From IMG/VR virus record IMGVR_UViG_3300021963_005267, positions 42,584 to 106,583 of that record: a stretch of DNA of 64,000 nt. The stretch is one strand, 5' to 3'. Below are positions 28,925 to 37,188 of this stretch, piece by piece. The first letter of the stretch is position 1; the number at the start of each line of letters is the position of its first letter. The notes under the pieces are model-generated. The model made no database searches. It had not been told where the DNA came from and saw only the letters and a list, made by a program, of their open reading frames with translations. Source of the DNA: a virus. The position numbers and the translations under genes were made by a program.

Positions 28925-29442
28925 TGACTGCTTGGGTAGATGCACTTAAAGAACAAAGTATCCCAGAATATGCCAAGGATACTAAATTAAATCTTGATGC
29001 TGTTATCAAGCGTAGTAGTCTACCTGTAGAAGAAGCAGAAGCTGTTGCTCTAGCAGCGGCTTTTGCCACAGGCAATAGCAAACTATGGACCTGGGTACAC
29101 TCACAGATTGCAGACAGAAAAGAAGCAGACGCAGCATTGACCGCAGCCAGTATCATGGCACAAAACAATATCTGGTATCCCTATGTTGAAATGGCAGACG
29201 ATGAACAACTCAAAGGACTCCCAGCTCAATTGAGGATGAATGCCATCGCCAGCCACGGTGGCACTACCAAAGCTAGATTCGAAGCATATAGTCTAGCAGC
29301 CAGCATTGTTGGTAAATGTCATTTCTGTGTCAAGGCACACTATGATACTTTGAAGCAAGAAGGATACACAACAGAACAACTCCGTGATATCGGACGCATA
29401 GCGGCAGTAATAACAAGTGTATCTAGAGTATTGAGTAGCTAA
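28924..29442 (+). CDS. ahpD: Alkyl hydroperoxidase AhpD
   Basis: SIVGKCHFCVKAH (CxxC), MAQNNIWY; coupled to ahpC. Confidence 0.92.
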   Translation: MTAWVDALKEQSIPEYAKDTKLNLDAVIKRSSLPVEEAEAVALAAAFATGNSKLWTWVHSQIADRKEADAALTAASIMAQNNIWYPYVEMADDEQLKGLPAQLRMNAIASHGGTTKARFEAYSLAASIVGKCHFCVKAHYDTLKQEGYTTEQLRDIGRIAAVITSVSRVLSS

Positions 29443-29549
29443 ATTATTGAGATCATTTTAATGATTTTAACTATGTTTCGATTGGTGTTTTCCTTGTAAA
29501 ATTGTGATACATACTGACACACAGGTATGTTTTTACAAAGGAGAACACT

Positions 29550-29621
29550 ATGTGGTCTAAACCAGAAGCAATTGAAATGCGCTACGGTTTCGAAATCACG
29601 ATGTATATCGCGAATCGATAA
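29550..29621 (+). CDS. pqqA: PQQ precursor peptide PqqA (MWSKPEAIEMRYGFEITMYIANR)
   Basis: 23 aa, MWxKP...R.GFE.TMY.ANR with the E-x3-Y core; AAGGAGA SD; not in ORF track. Confidence 0.92.
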   Translation: MWSKPEAIEMRYGFEITMYIANR

Positions 29622-29670
29622 GGTGCTATAAATATAGGGGACTTAGATCCCCTATTTTTTTGAAAGCACT

Positions 29671-30249
29671 ATGGAAAAATATCTTGTAGTTAGTCCCGGT
29701 AGGTCAGGTAGCACTACCTTCAGGAACCACATTAAAAATTCATTAGAAAAAAAAGGTGTTCCTTATTATGTGGAACAACTAGAAATGCCTATGCTTTGGC
29801 CTGAGGCCGAAGAAAATCCCCAGGATTGGAACATTGTTATATGTTATAGAAGAGACATGTTAGCACAAGTGCTAAGTTTCTATACAATAGTTCTATCTAA
29901 ACAAACTCAGAAATGGAAAGACATTGAACTAGAACCTTTTGTGGTTCCTAGAATACCTTTCTGGATGTTTGCACACGGAATATTATTTTTTCATTACCGA
30001 GTTTTTGGCATAAAAGAATGGCCCAAGTTTAAGAGCATACATTGGTTTGTATATGAAGATATGTTTGATGATTGGAATGCCGTCGGTAAACAATTAGGAT
30101 TTGATGATTGGTCTAACAAATCAGAAGGCCATGCCATAGGTTATGGTTCAGTGTGGGACAAGGTCATTAATAAAGAAGAAGTGTTAGGCTGGGTTGAAGA
30201 ATTGCAAAAGCATTATCAATTTACCGTTGATCTAACCCGATACAAATAA
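29671..30249 (+). CDS. Sulfotransferase-like P-loop protein
   Basis: SPGRSGSTT, YRRDMLAQVLS, YED motifs typical of Stf0-like sulfotransferases. Confidence 0.6.
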   Translation: MEKYLVVSPGRSGSTTFRNHIKNSLEKKGVPYYVEQLEMPMLWPEAEENPQDWNIVICYRRDMLAQVLSFYTIVLSKQTQKWKDIELEPFVVPRIPFWMFAHGILFFHYRVFGIKEWPKFKSIHWFVYEDMFDDWNAVGKQLGFDDWSNKSEGHAIGYGSVWDKVINKEEVLGWVEELQKHYQFTVDLTRYK

Positions 30250-30259
30250 AGGAACATAA

Positions 30260-31051
30260 ATGACAAAACGTATTCTTATTATGGGATTGCCAGGTGCAGG
30301 TAAAACGTATCTAGCAGAACAGCTAAAGAAATCTCTCGAAGCAGAAGGCAAAACTGTAGGTTGGCTCAATGCTGACGAAGTCCGTCGTCACTTTGACGAT
30401 TGGGATTTTAGTAAAGAAGGACGCATTAGACAAAGTCATCGTATGCGTGAGCTGGCTGATACTAGTAACACAGACTATTGCATTGTAGATTTTGTTGCTC
30501 CATTAGTTGAGATGCGTAATAACTTTAGAGCCGATTGGACTATTTGGGTAGATACTATCGATGCCGGGCGGTTTGAAGATACCAACAAGATGTTTGTTGA
30601 ACCCGAAGTCTATGACTTCCGCATTACAGAACAATGGGCAGAAAAATGGGCTCCGTTTATTGCAGAACATATCGTAGACGATCGCAGACGTCCGCAATGG
30701 GACAATCGTAAAGAAACTGTACAGATGCTAGGACGCTGGCAACCCTGGCACACCGGACATAGAGCACTATTTGATCGTGCGATCGCCAAAACTGGACAAG
30801 TGTGCATTATGGTGCGCGATTGCCAGGGATGGCAAGGATCAAATCCGTTTGATTTTTATCAGGTCACACGAGCGATCAAGCGAGATCTAGAACCCGTATA
30901 TCAAGGGCAGTTTCAAATAGTGTTAGTCCCTAATATAGTGAACATTACCTACGGTCGTGATGTAGGTTATAAAATTGAGCAAGAGAGCTTTGACGAAACA
31001 ATAACCAGCATTAGTGCTACGAAAATTCGCAAAGAAATGGGTCTTGAGTGA
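30260..31051 (+). CDS. Adenylyl-sulfate kinase-like domain fused to a HIGH-family nucleotidyltransferase
   Basis: MGLPGAGKT, LNADEVR, DFSKEGR; then GRWQPWHTGH and ISATKIR. Confidence 0.8.
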   Translation: MTKRILIMGLPGAGKTYLAEQLKKSLEAEGKTVGWLNADEVRRHFDDWDFSKEGRIRQSHRMRELADTSNTDYCIVDFVAPLVEMRNNFRADWTIWVDTIDAGRFEDTNKMFVEPEVYDFRITEQWAEKWAPFIAEHIVDDRRRPQWDNRKETVQMLGRWQPWHTGHRALFDRAIAKTGQVCIMVRDCQGWQGSNPFDFYQVTRAIKRDLEPVYQGQFQIVLVPNIVNITYGRDVGYKIEQESFDETITSISATKIRKEMGLE

Positions 31052-31247
31052 TACTAATCTAAGAAGTCTAGTTAAAACTATCAGTTGGCGATTTACTGGT
31101 AGTTTTAGCACATTCCTTATATCTTTTTTAGTTACCGGAAGTTTTGCTCTAGCTGGATCTATTGCTGTAGTCCAAATTGTTGCTAATACTGTACTTTATT
31201 TTATTCACGAAAGAATTTGGAATAAAGTCAAATGGGGCAAACACTAG
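31044..31247 (+). CDS. DUF2061 membrane protein
   Basis: RSLVKTISWR...YFIHERIW. Confidence 0.85.
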   Translation: MSDTNLRSLVKTISWRFTGSFSTFLISFLVTGSFALAGSIAVVQIVANTVLYFIHERIWNKVKWGKH

Positions 31248-31248
31248 A

Positions 31249-31277
31249 TTGACATACCAAACTTCTTAATGTAAAAT
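31249..31277 (+). promoter_or_regulatory. Sigma70-type promoter
   Basis: TTGACA-N17-TAAAAT. Confidence 0.7.
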
Positions 31278-31296
31278 AACATCATAAGGAGATTTT

Positions 31297-31671
31297 ATGA
31301 GTATGCATCTTGAAGGTCCTTGGCTGTCAACCACAGGCAAGAAAAAAGGCAAACAGAAATTTCGTAACGCTGAACAGGCACGTAAGTCACGAGAGCTCGA
31401 TGAAGCTTGGAAAGAATTGTTGAGCCGTTATGATGTTAAACCTAGCAAATCAAAATCTAAGTTTGAAACTTATGTCCCTTCTAAGGATACCTTGCGTCGA
31501 GAAACTGAAAAATATCCTAGCCTACCTTTTACTGGCGGACCTTGTACTAAGCCTGAGCAAAAAGTTTATACTGGCAACAAGATTAAAGGAATTGGTACCA
31601 TGCATAAGAGCAATGCCGTTCCAATCTTTTCAGACGAAGAGGCCGTTGATATTGCCAAAATGCGTCGATAA
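31297..31671 (+). CDS. Basic hypothetical phage protein
   Basis: YTG...GIGTMHKSNAVP motif; strong SD. Confidence 0.75.
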   Translation: MSMHLEGPWLSTTGKKKGKQKFRNAEQARKSRELDEAWKELLSRYDVKPSKSKSKFETYVPSKDTLRRETEKYPSLPFTGGPCTKPEQKVYTGNKIKGIGTMHKSNAVPIFSDEEAVDIAKMRR

Positions 31672-31719
31672 TTACCTATTTTCGTGCTATAATAACTAAC
31701 TTATGCTATATATTACTAC

Positions 31720-31975
31720 GTTTCGCAAAGAAACTAAGATAGTTGGTTGGTAAGAATGGAAAATATTTTTATCAATCCGCGAGTCTTGGCCTATGAGAAA
31801 CCCGTGAGATTCGGGAAGCCATGCTCGCCAAAGGTACTGAGTGTTATGAGCATTCGGTGGCTGATGGAGACGACTACACGAACCCAGGGTTCTTTCAAGA
31901 GCCTCGTGAAGTTTACTCCCTTAATGTAATGTTGATGATGAACAGTCTATCGTTTTGATTCGACACCAAATGAAA
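31720..31975 (+). ncRNA. Candidate structured leader RNA upstream of the cell-wall hydrolase
   Basis: Multiple nested GC-rich stems in a ~300-nt gene-free interval. Confidence 0.45.
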
Positions 31976-31986
31976 GGAGAACTAAT

Positions 31987-32526
31987 ATGGAAATACTTTT
32001 AAGACCAATCATCTTGGTCATCGGTTTGATTTTAACTGCAATGGCGATACAATCCGTTACTACAAATAAAATCAATCAATTGAAATTAACAGCAGGAGTC
32101 TACAGTAGTGACATCATCACTATCAAGGATCGTGAACGTCAGTTAGATTGCCTGGCAAAAAATATCTATCACGAAGCTGCTTCAGAACCATTTGAAGGAA
32201 AAGTTGCAGTAGCACAGGTAACAATGAATCGTGCTGCTAGCGGTAAGTTCCCAAATGATGTATGCGCAGTTGTTTATCAGAAAAATGTAATCTACGAAAA
32301 GGTCGTGTGCCAGTTCTCATGGTATTGCGAAAATGGTGGAAAGCCTCCAATTCGTAGCAAAGAAATGTACGACGAATCATATAAAGTAGCTAAGAAAGTC
32401 TTGCTGGAAAACTTTAGACTTGACGTTATGAAAGATGCGTTGTATTATCATGCTGATTATGTCAACCCTCGTTGGGGTAAAGAGAAAATTGGTAAAATTG
32501 GTCGTCATATTTTTTATAGGGATTAA
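31987..32526 (+). CDS. Cell wall hydrolase, SleB/Hydrolase_2 family
   Basis: CLAKNIYHEA, VAQVTMNR, CQFSW, YYHADYVNPRW, IGRHIFY. Confidence 0.92.
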   Translation: MEILLRPIILVIGLILTAMAIQSVTTNKINQLKLTAGVYSSDIITIKDRERQLDCLAKNIYHEAASEPFEGKVAVAQVTMNRAASGKFPNDVCAVVYQKNVIYEKVVCQFSWYCENGGKPPIRSKEMYDESYKVAKKVLLENFRLDVMKDALYYHADYVNPRWGKEKIGKIGRHIFYRD

Positions 32527-32528
32527 GA

Positions 32529-32840
32529 ATGGAAAAGTTTGAGCTGTTGTTTAATAAATGTAGAGATTTTTTGGCAACTAAATTAAATCATATTAGTAGC
32601 GAAGCTTTGGGTTGGTTGGCTACTATCGTGATTCATGCAAGTACTCTTCCGACATTCCTAGCAGTAATGATGGGATTGAGTGATAAGCTTCCGGGCGTAG
32701 ATATCATCCTAATGGTTTGGGGAGGACTAACACTATTGTTCTTCCGTGCAGTTTTGATTAAAGATATGCTTAATGTGGCTACTATTGGATTTGGATTTAT
32801 CCTACAGGCTACGATGATGGCATTGATATTTTTCAAATAA
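32529..32840 (+). CDS. Membrane protein
   Basis: Three hydrophobic segments. Confidence 0.7.
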   Translation: MEKFELLFNKCRDFLATKLNHISSEALGWLATIVIHASTLPTFLAVMMGLSDKLPGVDIILMVWGGLTLLFFRAVLIKDMLNVATIGFGFILQATMMALIFFK

Positions 32841-32857
32841 CGGTTTACCAAAATAGG

Positions 32858-32904
32858 TTGACAGCCTAAAGCCTCTACAGTATATTAATGCTGTAGAGGT
32901 TTTT
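32858..32904 (+). promoter_or_regulatory. Sigma70-type promoter embedded in an inverted repeat
   Basis: TTGACA-N17-TATATT; AAAGCCTCTACAG / CTGTAGAGGTTTT arms flank the -10. Confidence 0.6.
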
Positions 32905-32931
32905 GTTTTAACACACACAGAAAGGCAACTT

Positions 32932-33054
32932 ATGAAGGCAATTGTAGTTTTAATCTTGGCACTGAATATCACCGCCTGCTCAACAGTAGCAGGTGCTGGT
33001 AAAGATCTAACCAGTGCTGCCGAATGGACCAAAGACAAAATGGGTGGCAAATAA
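32932..33054 (+). CDS. Entericidin EcnA/B-like lipoprotein (40 aa)
   Basis: MKAIVVLILALNITA-CSTVAGAGKDL lipobox and entericidin signature; not in ORF track. Confidence 0.8.
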   Translation: MKAIVVLILALNITACSTVAGAGKDLTSAAEWTKDKMGGK

Positions 33055-33629
33055 TGAAGAAACTTATTACACTAATTCCTGTAGTTGCTATCCTAGCAGC
33101 CTGCGGAACAACTGATCCCTATCAAAAACGTGCTGATGCAGAACGTGAGCGTCAAGAGAAATATGCTGAACGATCGCTAGACAAGGCTCCTAAGTGGATG
33201 ACTGATCTTCCTAAGTCTACCGCTGCCGTCTATGCCAACGGCACTTCAGTTAGTGCAGACATGGCTATGGCAGATGAAAAAGCCAAAGTCATCGCTTTTG
33301 GCAAACTGTGTATGAGCGCAGGTGGTGAAGTTGACAAACAGAGCCGAGTGTTCCGTAATGACATCGGTGAAAGCTCAAACGAAAACAGTGAAATGGCTAT
33401 TCGTAGCATGTGCCGTAAGGTAGACATGACGGGTGCCGAAATCACTGAGATCAAACGTATCACTGAAGGTACACGCTATCGGACTTATGTATTGGTAGCT
33501 ATGCCCTTTGGAGATGCTAATCCTCTAAAGAAACAAAAGATCGAAACAGAAATGCGTCGCGAATCCGCTCGCCGTTCTACAGAAGCATTCCGCGAACTTG
33601 ATAACGTAACTGTACAACCCGTACGATGA
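33054..33629 (+). CDS. Lipoprotein (LPP20-like)
   Basis: MKKLITLIPVVAILAAC lipobox; APKW motif. Confidence 0.75.
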   Translation: MKKLITLIPVVAILAACGTTDPYQKRADAERERQEKYAERSLDKAPKWMTDLPKSTAAVYANGTSVSADMAMADEKAKVIAFGKLCMSAGGEVDKQSRVFRNDIGESSNENSEMAIRSMCRKVDMTGAEITEIKRITEGTRYRTYVLVAMPFGDANPLKKQKIETEMRRESARRSTEAFRELDNVTVQPVR

Positions 33630-34282
33630 AACGTTACCTATTAGGACTGTGCCTACTGCCCTGTGCAGTTTTGGCACAGTCAAATATCTGCACCAACAAA
33701 GAAAAGACTATAGTTAGTCAGGATGAGCAGGGTAGGCAGGTAGTAACAAAATTGCAAGAAACTACCTGCATTGATACTGACGGACGAACTAAAGGTCTTG
33801 GCTTAGCACCTAATTGTGCGTTGCCTGCTAAAGGATACGGTGTCGCTAACATGAACAGTGTTTCTTGCATTCTTCCTGATCGTGTTTGGGAACAGTTTGA
33901 TGCAAGTCCGCAAATAGATCAATTTGTTGATGACAAATATCGTGCAGAAGATATATTCCTTTTAGACTATTCTAGTCCAGCAGATAATTCTATTTGGTCT
34001 AGACTAGCAGGTTCTTTTAGGAAGTTAGATCCCTATCAACAAGAAGCACATAATGTAGCTATAATCAAAGCTATTAAAGAGTCAAAAACAGGACAAAAAG
34101 TAACCTGGAAACACGGTGATGCTAGTGGGTATGCGGTTCCTGTAGCAGTAATCCCTAGTAGTCAGGGGTATTGCAAGCGTATACACGTCAGTGTATGGGC
34201 TTTTGACCAACAAAATATAGGTTCTAAAACTATTTGTTATAACAATTCCGATGGCCGTTGGCGCTGGCTCCGCGATAAATAA
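33626..34282 (+). CDS. Secreted protein with surface-antigen (RT0821/Lpp0805-like) C-terminal domain
   Basis: Signal peptide; GQKVTW...SG...GYCK...C...DGRW. Confidence 0.6.
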   Translation: MKRYLLGLCLLPCAVLAQSNICTNKEKTIVSQDEQGRQVVTKLQETTCIDTDGRTKGLGLAPNCALPAKGYGVANMNSVSCILPDRVWEQFDASPQIDQFVDDKYRAEDIFLLDYSSPADNSIWSRLAGSFRKLDPYQQEAHNVAIIKAIKESKTGQKVTWKHGDASGYAVPVAVIPSSQGYCKRIHVSVWAFDQQNIGSKTICYNNSDGRWRWLRDK

Positions 34283-34302
34283 GATATCAAGGAGATAATT
34301 TT

Positions 34303-35001
34303 ATGGCTTCAGGATTTCAGCAAGATACCAATCAGCTAAACCCAAATTTTTACAGAATTTCTATTGACCTAAGTGGTTACGATTCAACAGCGGCCAATAC
34401 TACAGCAGGTGGTGTCGAGCCATCCAGCGGAGATTCATTTACAACATTGAATACTACACTGGCAAATTCTCAACGCCGTGCTAGAGGCAATTTACGTTGG
34501 GATGCTGTTCTACAGCAACTACAGCGTTTTGGCGATTGCAAGATTTTAGACGTGACCGCAACAGAAGGATCTAGCGATCCGTTAGACGTTGCAGATGACG
34601 TAACAACAGGTCTAGCATTCACAGTTATGTATGAAAGAGATGCTTTCATTCTTCCAGCTGTGCAAGCTATGTTAATCGCAGAAGGTAGAGTAAGTGGTGG
34701 CAATGCAAAATTGTCAGATAACGCTACATTAGCTAGCGCCACAACTTGTTCTTCTACAGCGTTAGCAGTGCAAGAGCTAGTGGTCAGAGGAATCACAAAA
34801 GGTTACAGAGACTACACCGCACCAGGTACCGCAGTAAGTTCAACTCTAGATGTTTTCACAAAATCAGCAAGAGTTTACGACGGTTTGGCAGGCGGTCAAG
34901 AAAAGCTCACAGTAGCTTCTCCAGTAACTCCTGTAGTGGCACACACTGATGTGACTGTATCATTAATCACAACCACTACTTTGGTAACAGCGGACTATTG
35001 A
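34303..35001 (+). CDS. Putative virion structural protein
   Basis: Thr/Ala/Ser-rich; TAAATA and strong SD upstream. Confidence 0.55.
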   Translation: MASGFQQDTNQLNPNFYRISIDLSGYDSTAANTTAGGVEPSSGDSFTTLNTTLANSQRRARGNLRWDAVLQQLQRFGDCKILDVTATEGSSDPLDVADDVTTGLAFTVMYERDAFILPAVQAMLIAEGRVSGGNAKLSDNATLASATTCSSTALAVQELVVRGITKGYRDYTAPGTAVSSTLDVFTKSARVYDGLAGGQEKLTVASPVTPVVAHTDVTVSLITTTTLVTADY

Positions 35002-35032
35002 CCTTTGTCTAATTAGACATTAAACTAACTTA

Positions 35033-36283
35033 ATGCTAGTAGGATTACTTACACTTCTAAGTGCGCTTTCCATTTCGGTCGTCGCAATCTATTATTCCGT
35101 AGTAGGTTTGACGGCCATTTTCTCCGCGGCGGCATTGGCTATTATGATTATGGGCGTGTCGCTAGAGGTTGGAAAATTAGTAACAGTTGTTTGGTTACAT
35201 CAGAATTGGAAGACAGCCCCTAGACTAATCAAAATATATTTGAGCACTGCATTGGTAGTGCTGATGCTGGTTACCTCTATGGGTATCTTTGGATTCTTAT
35301 CTAAAGCACACATGGATCAAAGTGTACCTACTGGCGATGTAGCAGATAAAGTTGCGTTGTATGATGAAAAGATTAAAACGCAAAAGGAGAACATCGATGC
35401 ATATCGCAAAGCTCTTCGTCAAATGGATGAATCTGTTGATCAAGTTATGGCAAGATCCTCAGATGAAAAAGGAGCCGATAAAGCAGCGGCCCTTCGTAGA
35501 AGTCAGCAAAAAGAGCGTAACCAATTACAGGCTGACATTGGCAAGGCACAGGCAGAAATTGCAAAGCTCAATAATGAACGTGCCCCGATCGCCAAAGAGT
35601 TACGCAAAGTTGAAGCTGAAGTAGGCCCAATCAAATACATAGCTAACTTCTTCTATGGTGATACTGATCAATCAATTTTAGAAAAAGCTGTAACCTGGGT
35701 AATACTTACTCTTATATTTGTATTTGATCCATTGGCAATTGTATTGTTAATTGCCGCACAGGTAAGTATCAAACAAGCATTGGATAAAAAGAAATCACAA
35801 CCTAAGGAAGAACCTCCAGTCTATGAAGACGATGGATTTAGATTCTTAGCAGATGAGAAAGATCTTTATCCCGAGGATGCTCCTGTAGAGCGTAAATCTT
35901 TTTGGCCTACTGCTACAAGTCTTTGGCCTTTCCCTAAGAAAGAAAAAGTAGAAGAGCCAATAGTAGAAACTGTTCTTCCCGACACTGACTTAGAGCCTGA
36001 TCTTTTAAAGCAGGCTGAAGAACGTGTTAAAGAAAATGTAGAAAAAGCGGAAGAAGAACACGCCCTCGAGCAATGGAACAAAATGATTGAAGAGGCTGAA
36101 AAAGAAGCCGAAGAGGAATCTAAGCGTCTGCAAGAAAAACGCCTTAAAGATGATGCAGCCGAAGAAGCTAAGAAATGGGCTGAAGAACAAGAAGCCATTG
36201 CAGAAGAAGAAGCCAAAAAAAAAGAAGTGACATATCTCGAGAAGGACGGGAAGAATCAAATCCTGAAGATCAGCGAGAAGTAA
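35033..36283 (+). CDS. Membrane-anchored coiled-coil protein (short form; probable -1 extension to 36564)
   Basis: N-terminal TM helices, coiled coil, Glu/Lys-rich tail ending near an A9 run. Confidence 0.75.
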   Translation: MLVGLLTLLSALSISVVAIYYSVVGLTAIFSAAALAIMIMGVSLEVGKLVTVVWLHQNWKTAPRLIKIYLSTALVVLMLVTSMGIFGFLSKAHMDQSVPTGDVADKVALYDEKIKTQKENIDAYRKALRQMDESVDQVMARSSDEKGADKAAALRRSQQKERNQLQADIGKAQAEIAKLNNERAPIAKELRKVEAEVGPIKYIANFFYGDTDQSILEKAVTWVILTLIFVFDPLAIVLLIAAQVSIKQALDKKKSQPKEEPPVYEDDGFRFLADEKDLYPEDAPVERKSFWPTATSLWPFPKKEKVEEPIVETVLPDTDLEPDLLKQAEERVKENVEKAEEEHALEQWNKMIEEAEKEAEEESKRLQEKRLKDDAAEEAKKWAEEQEAIAEEEAKKKEVTYLEKDGKNQILKISEK

Positions 36284-36564
36284 CATATCAACAAAACAGC
36301 GAGCAATCTCAAAGCACTATTTGGAAACGTGTACAAGAGAAAAAAACTTCTAAACCTGATAACTTTCTACCATTAGATAGAATATACAGGAATCTCAGCA
36401 AAGACAATCTTAGCGCATTGGACCTTGAAATATACGATCAGGACGATCCTGAGTTTACAAGAATACTAGAACTAATCAAACGATTAAGAGATAGAACACT
36501 TCGACCAGAGGAATTATCAGAAGTAGATGCTGAGATCATAGCTGAAGTGCTAACTAAGATATGA
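36223..36564 (+). other. ATG-less -1 reading frame (113 codons) entered at the A9 run: putative frameshift extension
   Basis: Open frame RSDISREG...YQQNSEQ...EVLTKI; its TGA overlaps the next ATG. Confidence 0.65.
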
Positions 36565-36956
36565 TGAATAAAATTACCTTAGTAACTCCCCCAGACGATA
36601 TATCTCAAGATGGTTTGAGGATTTTATGCGTATCTTTAACTCCTGATCAGGATCAGGTAGTATCACAAGCCATTACTAAACAGTCAGATCTTCCCAATAC
36701 TATAATATATGTTTGGAAAAATGGAGAACCATTAGAATGGCTGTTTGACAAAAAATTAAAAAGTAATATAATAATTTTTAATGGCTGTTCTGATAGCGGA
36801 GAAATAAATGGCTATTTGGCAGCACAACCAAATTCTTATTATTTCGGTCCAGTAAAAAATTTAATACTGGTCAATGATAGGGATATATATGATGTTGAAA
36901 CTTGTTTTGAGATTATTAAGAACTACATAGACATTTATGGCAAAAAATTTATCTAA
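36561..36956 (+). CDS. Hypothetical phage protein
   Basis: 131-aa ORF. Confidence 0.65.
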   Translation: MMNKITLVTPPDDISQDGLRILCVSLTPDQDQVVSQAITKQSDLPNTIIYVWKNGEPLEWLFDKKLKSNIIIFNGCSDSGEINGYLAAQPNSYYFGPVKNLILVNDRDIYDVETCFEIIKNYIDIYGKKFI

Positions 36957-37176
36957 ACCGTCCGGATCTTCTGTATTAGTAAAAGAAGGCGAAGATATCA
37001 ACAGAGCCCTTAAACGTTTTAAGAAGAAAGTAGAAGATAGTGGCACACTAGAAACTCTTAGAAAAAAAGAATTCTACGAAAAGCCAACTACTGAACGTAA
37101 ACGTAAGAAGGGTGCTGCTCGCGCACGTTGGCAAAAGAAACTCAAAGACCAACAACTACCACAGAAACTATTTTAA
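36937..37176 (+). CDS. rpsU: 30S ribosomal protein bS21
   Basis: ALKRFKKK, EFYEKPTTERKRKK. Confidence 0.93.
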   Translation: MAKNLSKPSGSSVLVKEGEDINRALKRFKKKVEDSGTLETLRKKEFYEKPTTERKRKKGAARARWQKKLKDQQLPQKLF

Positions 37177-37188
37177 GAAAGGTATCCG

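Noticed and set aside
32877-32894. LexA (SOS) box in the promoter palindrome
   Set aside because: The arrangement is ACAG-N10-CTGT, the reverse of CTGT-N8-ACAG.
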